From Eledone cirrhosa (lineage: Eukaryota): DNA of 64,000 bases. The notes beneath the pieces were generated by a model that ran no database searches, had not been told where the DNA came from, and saw only the letters and a program-made list of their open reading frames with translations. Below, piece by piece: positions 1 to 12,259 of the stretch. Every line of letters starts with the position of its first letter. Within the stretch, counting starts at the first letter, position 1. The DNA is taken from the NCBI GenBank assembly GCA_964016885.1, contig OZ024740.1, positions 48,360,001 through 48,424,000 on the forward strand. Reading direction: 5' to 3'. The position numbers were made by a program, and so were the translations under genes.

Positions 1-240
1 AGATACTAAATTTTCAGTTGATTGTATGTTATGCCCATTTTGACAGGACTTTCAAGTGTCAATTTACTACTTTATTATTGCTTGTTCAATATTTTATTTC
101 TCAGCAACTCTGTAAGCAAACACTTTTTAGCAAAGGTCTAACTTAATCTGAGTTTAAGAGAGTTATTAAATTACTCTTTTGCAATTGTTGTTACAAAATA
201 TCATGGTTATGTTGAATATTTTAAATCATATTTTTTGTAG

Positions 241-420
241 GTTCGTTATGATGATGAACTACAACGTGTTGTCATTGAGCCACTGGAAATGTCACAAGAG
301 TTTCGTAAATTTGAATACAGTACACCTTGGGAAACCTACCGCAATTTTCGAGAGACGAGTGAAGCCCAGGAAATTGATTTGAAGCAAGTTGAAAGTGGAA
401 AAGTTGAAGAAAAGAAATAA
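241..420 (+). CDS. NDUFS3: NADH:ubiquinone oxidoreductase core subunit S3, last coding exon
   Basis: After acceptor ttttttgtag the frame reads [38 protein letters not shown]...EEKK*, matching the NDUFS3 C-terminal signature RYDDE..RVV.EP.E..QEFRKF...SPWE. Upstream exons lie outside the window. Confidence 0.95.
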   Translation, partial: VRYDDELQRVVIEPLEMSQEFRKFEYSTPWETYRNFRETSEAQEIDLKQVESGKVEEKK

Positions 421-484
421 CTACAATCCCTTTTTAGAAAGTTCCAGGGCCTTAAAATAACAAGACTATATCTATTGAATGTTA

Positions 485-490
485 AATAAA
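485..490 (+). terminator. Candidate poly(A) signal of NDUFS3
   Basis: AATAAA 65 nt after the stop; a second one near 519. Confidence 0.5.
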
Positions 491-2179
491 TTAAAAAGAT
501 GTAATAAACTTAGGTTGTAAATAAACCTTTGTGTGATACTTATTCTTTACCTTGGTCTTTTCACTTAAAAAAAATTAATTAAACAGTAGCACTGAAGTTT
601 ACTAAGCTGGTTTGTAATTTGTTTGTGAAGGCCTAATTATTATAAAAGAATGAAGGGATTAAGTTTTGAAGTACTGGTTCAATTTTTAGGATTGTTCTAT
701 TTGTATGTAATAAAGAAATTTTGAATTTAAAAATGGCATACTGTCCAACAAAATACTAAAGCATATTGGCATAAACATGGCTATGTGGTTAAATATTTTG
801 CTCTGGGATCAGTCCTACTGCATGGTAGTGTACGATTTTTTACTATAGCACTGGGTTGATCAATGTTTTGTGAGTGAATTTGGTTGACAAAACCTAAAAA
901 GCTTGTATAAATTTATTAGTGCCAGTATGTCAGTCACTACAAAATCATCATACTGACAATTGTTTATTAAAAAAACAAAATGCTGATGATAACATACCGC
1001 CATAAACACTGTCATGCAGCATAACAGTTCTATACCACACTTAAAATAAGATTTGGGTTGGCATCCATCCATAGGAAACTTGCCTCAAAAAGTCTTGTTG
1101 CAGCCCATGCAAGCATGGCAAAAGCCGATTTATAAATTATAAGTGACTGCAGGAATTGCCTAAAACTGCCTTTGTTTCTATGATAAATTTTTCCATTTTA
1201 TGGTATCTACATCTAAATTATAACCATCCTCCATAATTTTATGTAAAAACTAAACACCTAATTAATGGAAAAGTTATTTTACTAAAATCCTCCAAATTTA
1301 TTTTCAGAATTAATTGAAACCCATTCAAAGTCTTTCATGAAAGGGTTAATGTTTTTCGATGGATATTTAGAACTTAATGAATATTGGCATTTCTAAATTT
1401 ATGATTATAAAAATGTTTAATATTTACACTCACATGAAAGAAATCAATACATATATATAGACTGTTTTAATTGGAGTTCAAATCAATCAAAACAGTGATC
1501 GTCGTCAATGTTACACCTGCCTTTTACATGCTTGCATGGGTTCGGACGAGATTAGATTAAGACATTTTCCATCTCTAAAGATGGAGCATGAAAAATAATT
1601 ATATAAACTACAAACTGGAACATGTTAGCAAGGTGTAGTTCCAATTAAATGCAGACATGGTTTGTAATGACACACCTAACACATTCATGGAAAACAGACA
1701 CTAAGTGATGATGAATATCATTTCAGACATTTAAACGAGTATTTTAAGTCTTAGGACATGCTGTAATCTCAGTGAGACAGAATGGCTAATTTACTTATAA
1801 TAAAATCTTGCAACGTTTCTTATAATACAAAATCAACAAAAAACTCCAGCCATAAAACTGAAATAATAGTGGTGATGTTTCTAGGGAACTGAATAACTAA
1901 TAAAGAAGAGATAGAATTGTATCAAATTCTACTAATACTTTCTAATGCACTAAATTTGTTGGGAAGGGATGAGATTGAGTAATGTTAATGCATTTCTCAA
2001 GGCCATTAACAAGAAGTAAAATGACTTAACCTGTTAAAGTTTACTTCACTCCACTATTAACAAAGTTTCACGGATAGAGGAGAGGGTAGAACTAAATCAA
2101 TATTAGAATTATGACAATTGATATAACTAAGGTGATACTAGATTCATTTAACTACAGTTGCACCATTTTATGTTTGCAA

Positions 2180-2530
2180 TTCTATGTTGCGCTGAAACAT
2201 GTACGAGATGAAAGAGAAAGGGCAAGAGAGGACTTATGTGATGTGATTGTTATGATACCCGTTTAGCGAAGTGCCAGAAATACCAAGTGGAGGGAAATTG
2301 AAACAGGAAGACCAAGAAAGAATGCGCTAGTATGGCCATGTTATGTGTATTGGTGATGATCGGTAAAGAAGTGCCAGGAGTTCAAAGGGGAGCGAAACCT
2401 AGAAGGGGTGAGAGCAAATCTCAAAGCGCTGAACACCATAGAGATGACAAAAGAACGCTACAAATAGAGGGCGGCTATTTTGGAAAGGACTCGTTCAAGC
2501 AAGCATGGAAAAGCGATTGTTAAATAATGT
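2180..2530 (+). mobile_element. Decayed 3' end of an RTE LINE
   Basis: Remnants of GRPRK and WYGHV coding motifs, and a tail caagcatggaaaagcgattgttaaa resembling the other RTE 3' ends in the window. Confidence 0.5.
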
Positions 2531-2572
2531 CGATAATGATTACTGTATAGTAGCTGGTAAGATCTAATCAAG

Positions 2573-2722
2573 GCGTCGAATCGGCAGAGTCGTTAGTACA
2601 TCGGATAGAATGCTTTGCGGTATTCGTTTCGGCTCTCTGAGTTCAAATCCCGCCGAGGCCAACTTCGCCTTTCATCTATTCGAGGTCGATAAAAAAAGTA
2701 CCAGTCTAGTACTGGAGTCGAT
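2573..2722 (+). mobile_element. tRNA-derived SINE (family 1)
   Basis: B-box-like gagttcaaatcc followed by the body gcctttcatc...gtcgataaaa...gtaccagt, which recurs many times in the window. Confidence 0.8.
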
Positions 2723-4390
2723 TCTTCCTCTATAGGCCTTTCTGACTTCCATTCTTTCACTCTCTATTCTTCTCTCGAAGAAATCTGCTGTATTCAAACC
2801 AGGAGAGGAGATGGGCTCCGCCAGGTTTTAAAAGTACCCCCTACGACTGTCTCAGTAGTTACGGGACTAAAGAGAAAGAAAATCTAATCTAGACTGAGCG
2901 TTGCTCAGTGGCCCCCTGCTTAAAATTTCACTGGACCACTTGTGTATTATTTATGGTAGAAAACAAAATTGTTTCTTTTAAATATTGTGGGGCCACTGGC
3001 TGCAGCCCAATCTCCAACCTACTAATCCGCAATTGGTGTTGGTAGCTGCATGATCCCCGGAGTTTGAACAGTTCTATAAGGTATTGTGTATCCAAACTCT
3101 GTAGATGATGAGACAATGATTCAGTATTTTCTGGTCTGGAAGGGGGAAAAGATTTCACACATCTTCCAGTATGAGTCTCATTGAGTCAATCACTTTCATA
3201 CGTACAGTTTGTAAATTAAAGCAAAAGGTCATATAACTATGTTCTAAATTCTTATCTGCTTAAACAACAATGATTTTTAACTTAGACATAAGGTCATCAT
3301 TTTGTGGGTGAATAACAGTGGATCAAGTTGATCCCAGAAAAACCGTAAGACGAAGCCTATCCACTGCAGACTTCGAACACCGACAATAAAGGAACGTAAA
3401 GTAAATAGAAAACATTTTGTTTTTTTCTTGACTTAAAACAGAAGAGCGATTCCTGTTCTCTAAGTGGGATAACTCTGTATTTCCTTTAACAGACCATTTC
3501 CTCCCAGCAAGGTTGTTGAGAGTTTTCTTTCTGTTCAATTGGATCTTTTTCACAAACATTTCCGTAAGTTTTTCATTCTACTTTAATTATTACAATATCA
3601 GAAACAATGTTTAATTTTATCATTCCATTCTTTTTCTTTTTGTTCCGTTATTTGTTTTTCAGTAAAATCTGATTATTTAGTTGTAGTGAGTGACCTGCCT
3701 AGCCCTCTTGGTGAATACAAGGTCATAGTGACGTACAAATATAATGGAAACATGGGTTAATTTAATTTAATTTAATAAATCAGTAGTAAAGCCTTTTCAT
3801 TTACATATTCAAGCCTATATTTAATCAATCTATTATTCATTAATTTTAGTAGATTATTGTGAGTTTGCCCACCATTTCCTTTACCGCCTCTCCAACCTTC
3901 ATTAGATCATTTTTTATAATTTTTCTTCCTCAGTTATCATTTTATGATTCCACATTGTTTTAATTCAAGTGATCATTTTTCTAATCTCGAATTTCTTTAT
4001 TGATTATATAAACTCGCATAAAAGATTGCTGTTTATGTACTCACCTTCGATATCCTCCTTTCCTTATCCCTGTTTTGTCACGTAGACCCAAATTGGTTTA
4101 TTACGTTCAAATGTTGTAATGGATTAAGTCTTACTATAAAGATTTTTCTTTGGTGTAATAACGATTTTATGGCGATATCCAATTTTATTTTATTCTTCTC
4201 TTCAGAGATAATTATCGTTATAACTTATTCGTTTAAGCGTTGATTTTTTTTTTATTGTACATTAAAAAAAACTCTGGGTTTCTGTTTTGAAAATCGTTTG
4301 ATTTAGAATTTATTTTTTCACTTACAAAACTTTCTTTTTAATTTTTATTTTATTACATTTGCTTTACTTTTTTTTTCGGTCTATTTCGAA

Positions 4391-4693
4391 TTGGTTGAAG
4401 CGTTAGATCGTTGAACAAAATGCTTGCGTGAGTTCGAATCCCGACGGTGTCAAATTTGCTTTATCTCTTTAGTATCGATAAATGAAGGTCATTATTATGC
4501 CGAGGTTAACTTTGCCTTTCATCCTTACGGGGTCGATAAAATAAAGTACCAGTAATGCACTGGGTAATTACTGGCCTTGTGCCAAAAGTAGAAACAATTA
4601 TTATTCGTCTTACGGGGTCGATAAAATAAAGTACCAGTAATGCTCTGGTTAATTGCTGGCCTTGTGCCTAAAGTAGAAACAATTATTATTCGT
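4391..4693 (+). mobile_element. Cluster of family-1 SINE copies/fragments with duplicated 3' part
   Basis: gagttcgaatcc head; cttacggggtcgataaaataaagtaccagtaatgc...gtagaaacaattattattcgtctta occurs twice in tandem. Confidence 0.8.
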
Positions 4694-4780
4694 CTTAGGT
4701 GTATGAAATAGACAAATGAAAGATTCATGACTTTCGTTGTAAATCTTCCACCTTTTGTATCGGAGTTCTCTTTACTATTA

Positions 4781-5150
4781 CACCCGTCTCGCTTTGGAGG
4801 TAATTTTTCCCCCTTTGTGTTTGTCTGTTTTGTGTGATTTGAATAAATCTGACGTTCAAAACCGTCGGAAATTATTTGTTTTTCAGTTGGGGTGGGGTGA
4901 CCCTCGGATTTGGAGGTGAAAATATGTTTTTCCTATGATTTTTGAACGGTGTGGCCTTAGAAACTGTCGGAAATTATTCGTTCATGCCATGGGAAAAAAC
5001 ATTTTCACCTTCAAACCCGATGTCTCCACGCCTCTTACTCCACATCTAAAAAAAAAAAAAGAATTATTTTTGAATGTTTTGTTCGTCTGATTCGTTCAAA
5101 ACACCAAAAACCGTAGGAAAACAAAATTCACCTCCAACGCGAGACGAATG
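4781..5150. mobile_element. TA-flanked MITE with terminal and internal inverted repeats
   Basis: ta|cacccgtctcgctttggagg ... cctccaacgcgagacgaatg|ta; internal IR ggaggtgaaaatatgtttttcc / ggaaaaaacattttcaccttc. Confidence 0.65.
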
Positions 5151-5445
5151 TAATTGTAAAAATGACTAATTTTATTTGTCCCGAATGTTGTATTTATGAA
5201 CCTTTTTTTTTTTTTGCACGCGACACTGATCTCCCTCGCAACAGATTGTTTGCAATCAGATGTGTTCCGGAAAAGAAAGAATCTTTTTTAAGGCTCCTAT
5301 AAAGACTTGCACATTTGTTATTTTATATACCTAATGCGAAACAACCCTTTAAATAAAGTCTGGGACGTTTGACTGGGGGAGTCATTGGGACGCTGGATAG
5401 GACACTTTACGGTATTTGCTCAGGTTGCATTCTGAGTTAAAATAT

Positions 5446-5997
5446 GTGAATCGCCAACCGGTGGTCCGTGAGAAAATGTTGGTGGTCTGCAGAAAAATGT
5501 GGACATTATTTACAATTTTTATGTTTTATTAATAATTGTTTCTATTTTAGGCACAAGGCCAGCATTTAACCAGTACATTACTGGTACTTTATTTTATCGA
5601 CCCCCTAAGGATGAAAGGCAAAGTTAACCTCGGCCGGATTTGAACTCAGATCATAAAGGGACGTAACTCTATGCTTCAAAGCATGATGTCCGACTCTCTA
5701 CCGATACTGCCAATCCACCATAATAAAACAATATTTGGTTAAAATATATTTTATAAACCCCATAAAAAAATTTTTAATAGTTGCATTTCATAATAAAATG
5801 GAATTTCTCTGATCATTATTTTCCAAATGAAATAAAGTACCAGTAATGCACTGGGATAATTCCTGGCCTTTTGCCAAAAGTAGAAACAATTATTTTACAA
5901 ATGTATTTCTCTTTTTAAAAGATTCATATTTGTGATCCGTGGGATTTAGAGTTATGAATTTAGTGGTCCGTGAGGTCAGAAAGGTTGGCGACCACTG
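5446..5997. mobile_element. hAT/Charlie-like non-autonomous DNA element interrupted by SINEs
   Basis: Ends gtgaatcgccaacc / ggttggcgaccactg, subterminal gtggtccg repeats; family-1 SINE at about 5536-5720 (-) and a SINE tail at about 5830-5892 inside. Confidence 0.6.
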
Positions 5998-6376
5998 TCC
6001 TTACAGTGTTGCTTCAGTAACTAAGAAGCACTAGTTAAATATTCTCTCTTGATATACAACTTTAATATCATGTAACATTTGTTTCGTAGTCTAACGTTGA
6101 AAATATGACTATCAACTTAAACTTGTTATTCAAGTTCATAATTTTGATTCACAGCATACGGTTAACGTAGAAACTGGACACAATAAAAGTTTTTACTTAT
6201 TTGTTTAAAAATCCCGATTTGATTCAATATAGCTAGTTAGAATTATAGTAGTAATAATAGGGTTAGTTCAATCGGTTTTTTTTTAAAGAGAAATTCAAAA
6301 TAGTGAAAAGTTTACTAATCAGCAACTGACGAAAAGTACATCTACTAATTTAATTGTATTATTGAAATTTGCTTAA

Positions 6377-6482
6377 GGATGAAAGGCGAGGTTGACTTTG
6401 CCTTTCATCCTTACGGGGTCGATAAAATAAAGTACCAGTAATGCACTGGGTATTTGCTGGCCTTGTGCCTAAAGTAGAAACA
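6377..6482 (+). mobile_element. 5'-truncated family-1 SINE with 19-bp TSD
   Basis: attattgaaatttgcttaa at 6358-6376 and 6483-6501 flanks a SINE 3' half. Confidence 0.85.
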
Positions 6483-6876
6483 ATTATTGAAATTTGCTTA
6501 AAGTATTTTTCCTTATAAGTACTAGCATAAAAACCACTCTTCGGGTGGTTTTCTGCTAGCATGTGTAGTGTGTATATTGATATTATACGCAAGTATATAT
6601 ACATGTAGATATGATACAACAAATAAAATCGTAATTGACAATATCCACAGAAATTGAACGAAGACGTTGTTACACTGTTTTATGTAATCAGTAACGTAAT
6701 CCATGATACATTAAAAAAAGACGATATTATATATAAACTGCATTAGGAGAAAATTAGTGACGGAAATATATTGTTTATTTAAGCGATCGCTAACCGAAGT
6801 GGTGACATTTGAAAATCTTAAAATAACCAAGAATAACGAAATTTAGTAGATAAATTATGTGATATTCATTCAGGTC

Positions 6877-7200
6877 GATTGGCAATATCGGTAGAGGGTC
6901 GGACGCCATGCTTTGACGCATTGAGTTACGGCTTTTTCCATTCTGAGTTCAAATTCCGCCGAGGTTAACTTTGCCTTTCATCCTTACGGGGTCGATAAAA
7001 TAAAGTACCAGTAATACACTGGGTAATTGCTGGCCTTGTGCGAAAAGTAGAAAATTATTTATTCAAAGTAACCGAGGTTAACTTTGCCTTCCCTCCTTAC
7101 GGAGTCGATAAAATAAAGTACCAGTCACGCACTGGGGTCGATTTTATCGACTTTCCCCTCCCCCAAAATTGCTGGCCTTGTGCCTATATAAGAAACCATT
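6877..7200 (+). mobile_element. Family-1 SINE plus a second truncated copy
   Basis: tggcaatatcggtagagggtcggacgccatgc...gagttcaaattccgccgaggttaactttgcc...; second body starts about 7072. Confidence 0.8.
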
Positions 7201-7254
7201 ATTTATTCAAAGTAATCCAATTTATTTTACAAACGGGATAAAAAAAAGTATATT

Positions 7255-7317
7255 CTGGACGCTGTCCCGCCCGCACTCCTTTATTATAGTTTAGATGTCG
7301 AGGGTTACCAACCTCGG
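7255..7317 (+). promoter_or_regulatory. Candidate promoter / non-coding first exon of COX6B
   Basis: GC-box-like gtcccgcccgc in a locally CpG-containing stretch followed by a donor-like ctcgg|gtaaat. The COX6B ATG exon starts with an acceptor, so an upstream exon is expected. An alternative donor tcc|gtaagt lies near 3563. Confidence 0.3.
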
Positions 7318-7656
7318 GTAAATTTGCTTATACTTAAATTTATTAATATTCTGCTCTTTCGCCTTACTAAGCGACTATATGTATCATTTTTCACTTTGTC
7401 AAAACATTACTTGAGAATTAGATTGTTTGGCGAAATAGTTTTTGCTTTCATTTTTTTACATTGTGTAGCGAAATAGTTTTTGTGCAATTATAGCGTTATT
7501 ATTTTCGTATTTGAACTCATAAAGACATTATTTGAATATTTATTTTACCTTGTGAATAGAGCCTCTATGCTGTCGCACGACTTATCAGAAATCGTAATCT
7601 AATCTCTCTAGAATCACCTCCTCCCATCTTAAAGAACAACACAATCTTAATTCTCA

Positions 7657-7960
7657 CATCATCATCATCGCTTAACGTCTATTTTTCCATGCTTGTATGG
7701 GTTAGAGGAGGAGTCTACGTTATGAGACAAATCTGGTCAGTTGGTCTCGCCGTAATTTGCTCAAACGGAACTGTATTTTGGCTGGGATCTTTTACAGCCG
7801 GATGTCCTTCCAAACACCAACCACATTTACTGTGTGGAACTGGGTGATCCCACTATAGGATGGCCTGGCCAGTTGGCAGCACCTTGCCTTGCTCATAGTA
7901 GGGCGGGGTTTTTACGGCTGCTAGATGTCCTTCCTACCGCCAACCACGTTTACAGTGTGT
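7657..7960 (-). mobile_element. Non-autonomous RTE-tail retroposon with duplicated internal module
   Basis: (CAT)n tail plus ttaacgtctatttttccatgc; two ggatg(t)ccttcc..ccaacc modules; related to 27716-28262. Confidence 0.6.
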
Positions 7961-7971
7961 GTCTTTATATA

Positions 7972-8254
7972 TATTATAAGATAACAAGAGGCTAAACTGG
8001 TGTAATTCCTTAAAAGGTTTATTATACTATGATCATTTCAATGACCGGGTTCAGTATGAATAAGGTGACATCATCAGGTATGCGGAATATAACAAAGAAA
8101 TATAATAGACAATTTGTCTATTATATTCCTTTGTTATATTTCGAATACCTGATGATGTAACTATATTCATACTGAACCCGGTCATTGAAATGATCATAGT
8201 ATAATAAACCCTTTAAGGAATTACACTAGTCCAGCCTCCTGTTATCTTATAATA
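7972..8254. repeat. 283-bp near-perfect palindrome, possibly part of a (TA)n-flanked element extending to about 8395
   Basis: 141-bp arms centred on 8113, no net indels, about 10 mismatches by eye. Confidence 0.95.
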
Positions 8255-8466
8255 ATTAACTCCGTACTCGCACCACCAACTACACAAACGAAGACGGGTG
8301 AGAGTTGCATTACCTTGAGTGCTCTCCAAAATATTACATCGAGGTTGACCATACGGAATGACCAGTTCTATCCAGTGGTGAACCAACAAACCTAAATATA
8401 TATATATATAAGGTTATAGTGTAATAATTCACTATTTTCATTTCGAGTTGAAACGACCGTAGATGT

Positions 8467-11287
8467 TGTTGTATTCCTCTCGGTACTCGCAGAGAAAACA
8501 CGAGTTATATCAAATAATTTGTGTATTGTACAAAACAACCAAAATGCTCCTCACAGTAGCAGAATAACATAAAGTCAGTAAGTAGTCTGTGACCGAGTTT
8601 TTAATACCAACGCTGACTGACTGCCCAGGTCACGTGATTCATATGCAAATGTGTGAGCACGTGTAAATTGAACAAATCGAATTTAACAGTCCATACAACA
8701 ATGAGGTTGTGAGTTCGATTCACAGTCCATACAACACCTCCCCACCGAAATTGATGCGACAAAAGAAGCATCAACAGCAAAGTTTCTCTGGGGGTTTACG
8801 AGTTCTCTTGGACCGTCTTCGATTGTCTGGTCCATACTCTGGAACGGGCAATAAGGTCTTGGGTCTGGTATGTCTTGGAGTTAGTGACACGATTTCCGAG
8901 ATCTCCATCGGGTGATCTGTTGCAAATTCAAAAACGGTGTCTACTGCATCACCAGGTTCATTGTCTTCCTCAGTAGTATACCGCGGTTGCAGCTGTTCCC
9001 AGTGTCGTCTCCACACCGAGCCATGAGGTATGACCTTAACGTTGAAGCAGCGAGTACCCAATGACTTCTTAATGATTGCTGGTACCCATCGGGGATTTTG
9101 TCTCGGTGAGGTCCGTAGTACAGTGCATACACAGGATCTCCAGCCTTGTACTGCCTGGTAACCTTAGCGACACCTGCCGAGTCCGGAGTCATCTGAGACT
9201 TATATGCTTCCTTAGACTGCTTGCCTTGAGCGAGGGCAGCAGAGAATCAATCCTTGTCCGTATCTGCCGGTGATTCAAAAGTTCACTCGGAGAGAATCCA
9301 CTGGATGTCGGTGTTCTCCGGTACTGCATCAAGAACTCTTGAAGAGAAGTCTTCCTCAGAGCTTGTTTGAAGGTCTGCACCAAACGTTCCGCTGCTCCGT
9401 TGGTAGCTGGGTGGTAAGGTGCCCCTGTCAGGTGCGTGATCCCACGTTCTTTGCACCAGCTCTGGAACTCCTCAGAAATAAAAGTTGGTGCGTTATCGGT
9501 GACTAGCGTGTGAGGAAATCCGAAGTGCGCAAAGTCTTCTTCAAGCAGATCTAAAGTGGCTCTGGAGGACATGGATGAATGCATGGATACTTGGAATAAG
9601 CATCCGTGATCACTAACCAATTACTGCCCATGAAATTTATTGCGTGGTCCAGGTGTAAGCGGCTCCACGGCTTTTCAGGTAACATCCATGGGTGAACTGG
9701 AGACTTGGATGGCTAGTTTTGATGTTCACCACACAAATCACATTGTCGACTGGTTTTCTCTATAGCAGCATCGATACCAGGCCAATAAACAGCAGTTCTT
9801 GCCAATTGTTTCATGCGCTCCGTGCCAAAGTGTCCGAGATGCAGAAGATTGAGGATCTTTGGCTGTAAACTATGTGGAATCACAACTCTCGATCCATGGA
9901 TAAGGCATCCGTGGCAGATACTGAGTGAATCCGATAACTTCCGGAACTTATTGACTTCGTGATTGATCTCAGTATTCTTTGGTGGCCAGCCTTCACGGAC
10001 ATAGCGTATCACTGTAGATATCACTGGATCTTTCCCTGACTCTTGACGGAGGACGTTAGCATCGATAGGTTGGACTTGAAGACTGAGAACTTTGATGGCG
10101 CACACCATGTCCATGTCTTCACCATTTTCCTTCCTGTCAAAGTCGATGTCATTACCAAATGGCAAGCGACTGAGGGCATCTGCATTGCCATGATCCGCTG
10201 TTTTCCGATATTCGATGGTGTAGTCAAACTGGTTCAGCCACAGGGCTCACCGTGCTAGTCGGTTAGCAGCGAGAAGTGGCGTCCCTTTCCTCGGACTGAA
10301 CAGTGATGTCAGTGGCTTGTGGTCAGTTACGAGTATAAACTGATGTCCGTACAGATACTGATAGAACTTCTGCAAGCCAAATATGATGGCCAGGGCTTCC
10401 TTTTGAATTTGACCGTAGTTACGCTGTGCAGAAGTAAGAGTCTTGGACACATTGGATATTGGGCGCTCGCTTCCATCAGGATAGCGATGAAACAGGACTG
10501 CTCCAATACCAACGTTTGACGCGTCGCAAGCCAGTCCCAAAGTTTTGTTTGGATCGAAGTGTATCAGAACTCGATCCGATGAAAGCACATTTTTCAACTG
10601 ATCGAAAGCTGACTGTTCTTCATCTCCTCACTTCCAAGTAGTCGTTTTTTTCGTAAGGCAATAGAGTGGCTCTGCCATGCTGGCCAGGTTTGGGATAAAC
10701 TTTCCATAGAACTGAACTGAACCCAGGAAAGACTTCAAGCTTGAGACGTTCGTTGGAGGTGGCATCTTTAAAACTGCTTCGACCTTGGATCCCTTCGCGA
10801 TCCCTTCAGCCGACAAGGTGTGTCCAAGGTATTCCACACTGGGTAGTGCAAACTGGCACTTGTCACAGCGACATCTGAGTCCTTTGTCGCACAGACGTGT
10901 GAGCAGACACTTTAGGTTGTTCAGGTGATCGTTTGCATCTTTCCCACTGACGAGCATGTCGTCCTGGAAGACGGCCACACCAGGTAGATCTTGAGTCAGG
11001 TTTTCCATGATCTCCTGAAAGTAACCAGGTGCTGACTTGATTCCGAAATCACGAGTTATATCAAATAATTTGTGTATTGTACAAAACAACCAAAACGCTC
11101 CTCACAGTAGCAGAATAACATAAAGTCAGTAAGTAGTCTGTGACCGAGTTTTTAATACCAACGCTGACTGACTGCCCAGGTCACGTGATTCATATGCAAA
11201 TGTGTGAGCACGTGTAAATTGAACAAATCGAATTTAACAGTCCATACAACAATGAGGTTGTGAGTTCGATTCACAGTCCATACAACA
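8467..11287 (-). mobile_element. Ty3/Gypsy LTR retrotransposon (K02A2.6/Mag-like), internally deleted
   Basis: TSD GATGT (8462-8466 / 11288-11292); termini tgttgtat..atacaaca; 3' LTR 8467-8736; truncated 5' LTR 11050-11287; PPT 8737-8746. Broken pol: RT (FQDD), RNase H (DASNVGIGAVL, QKEALA, TDHKPL), integrase (HLGH..C..C, TDNAP, PYHPATNGAAER). Confidence 0.95.
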
Positions 11288-12259
11288 GATGTATAAATAA
11301 ATAAAAATAATATTTATCATTGGTCTTGTTGAATTTTGAATTATATATATATATATATTGTTTTAAAATAATTCTTAACATCTTGTACCAATTTTACTTG
11401 TTGACATTAAATAAACAAAAAGTAAAACATATTTACAGCAACAGACACACATATTTAGCTAACTGAATAGATTTACGGTGAAGTTTATATTTTAGAAGAT
11501 GGAAAGAAAAAATGATAAACTCACCATAACTCCTGTAGGAATCATATTCATGAGGAGAAAGATCCATACCTCTATCATAATCATAACTGGAGAAACTATG
11601 ACTAGATTCCCTGCTCGAACCATATAAAAAAAGGTTCTTCCACCAAACAAATTAATACTAAAACATAGATCAACCCATTTTTTTAATAGCCTATATAAAT
11701 ATGCCACATATTTATATAGGATATTAAAATATATATATTTGTATATATTTTTATTTTCTGTCAGCCACTGTTATGATTTGACTAAGAACTCCTTGTTGGC
11801 CTCTACTGTTGCATCCATTACAGCTTGTCAAGTGAACATGTAGATACATGTTCACTTGACCTGATAGAGATAGCAACCAAACCCCCCTCAAATTACACCT
11901 GTTCTATACAAAAGAATGACACATTCAATGTAGTCCTACGCACATTTAAGATGAGGTAATTATGGTTGATGATGCGTCTACTCATCTGAAATTAAACATC
12001 ATCAGGGGCCCTCTATGGTCTGAAATAGGCAAATCATAACCTATTGTTTTAAAAAAAGGGAAAGCCATGTTGAATAATATAGACATGACTGTACTCATCA
12101 TCACCAAAACGTCCGTTTTCTCTGCTGGTAATGATTGGATTGTCTGAAGTAAAAAAAAAGACAAGCTTGTTATTGAACTTGAGTTCCCCATACTATACAT
12201 ATCATCTTTCCTACCACCATATACCATCATAGGATTAGAGAGGACCTTTTAGTCAAGTC

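Noticed and set aside
179-382. 67-aa ORF
   Set aside because: Wrong frame, crossing a splice acceptor; the real frame is the NDUFS3 exon.
11505-11630. Possible small exon/ORF after ttttag
   Set aside because: No homology and no frame link to COX6B.
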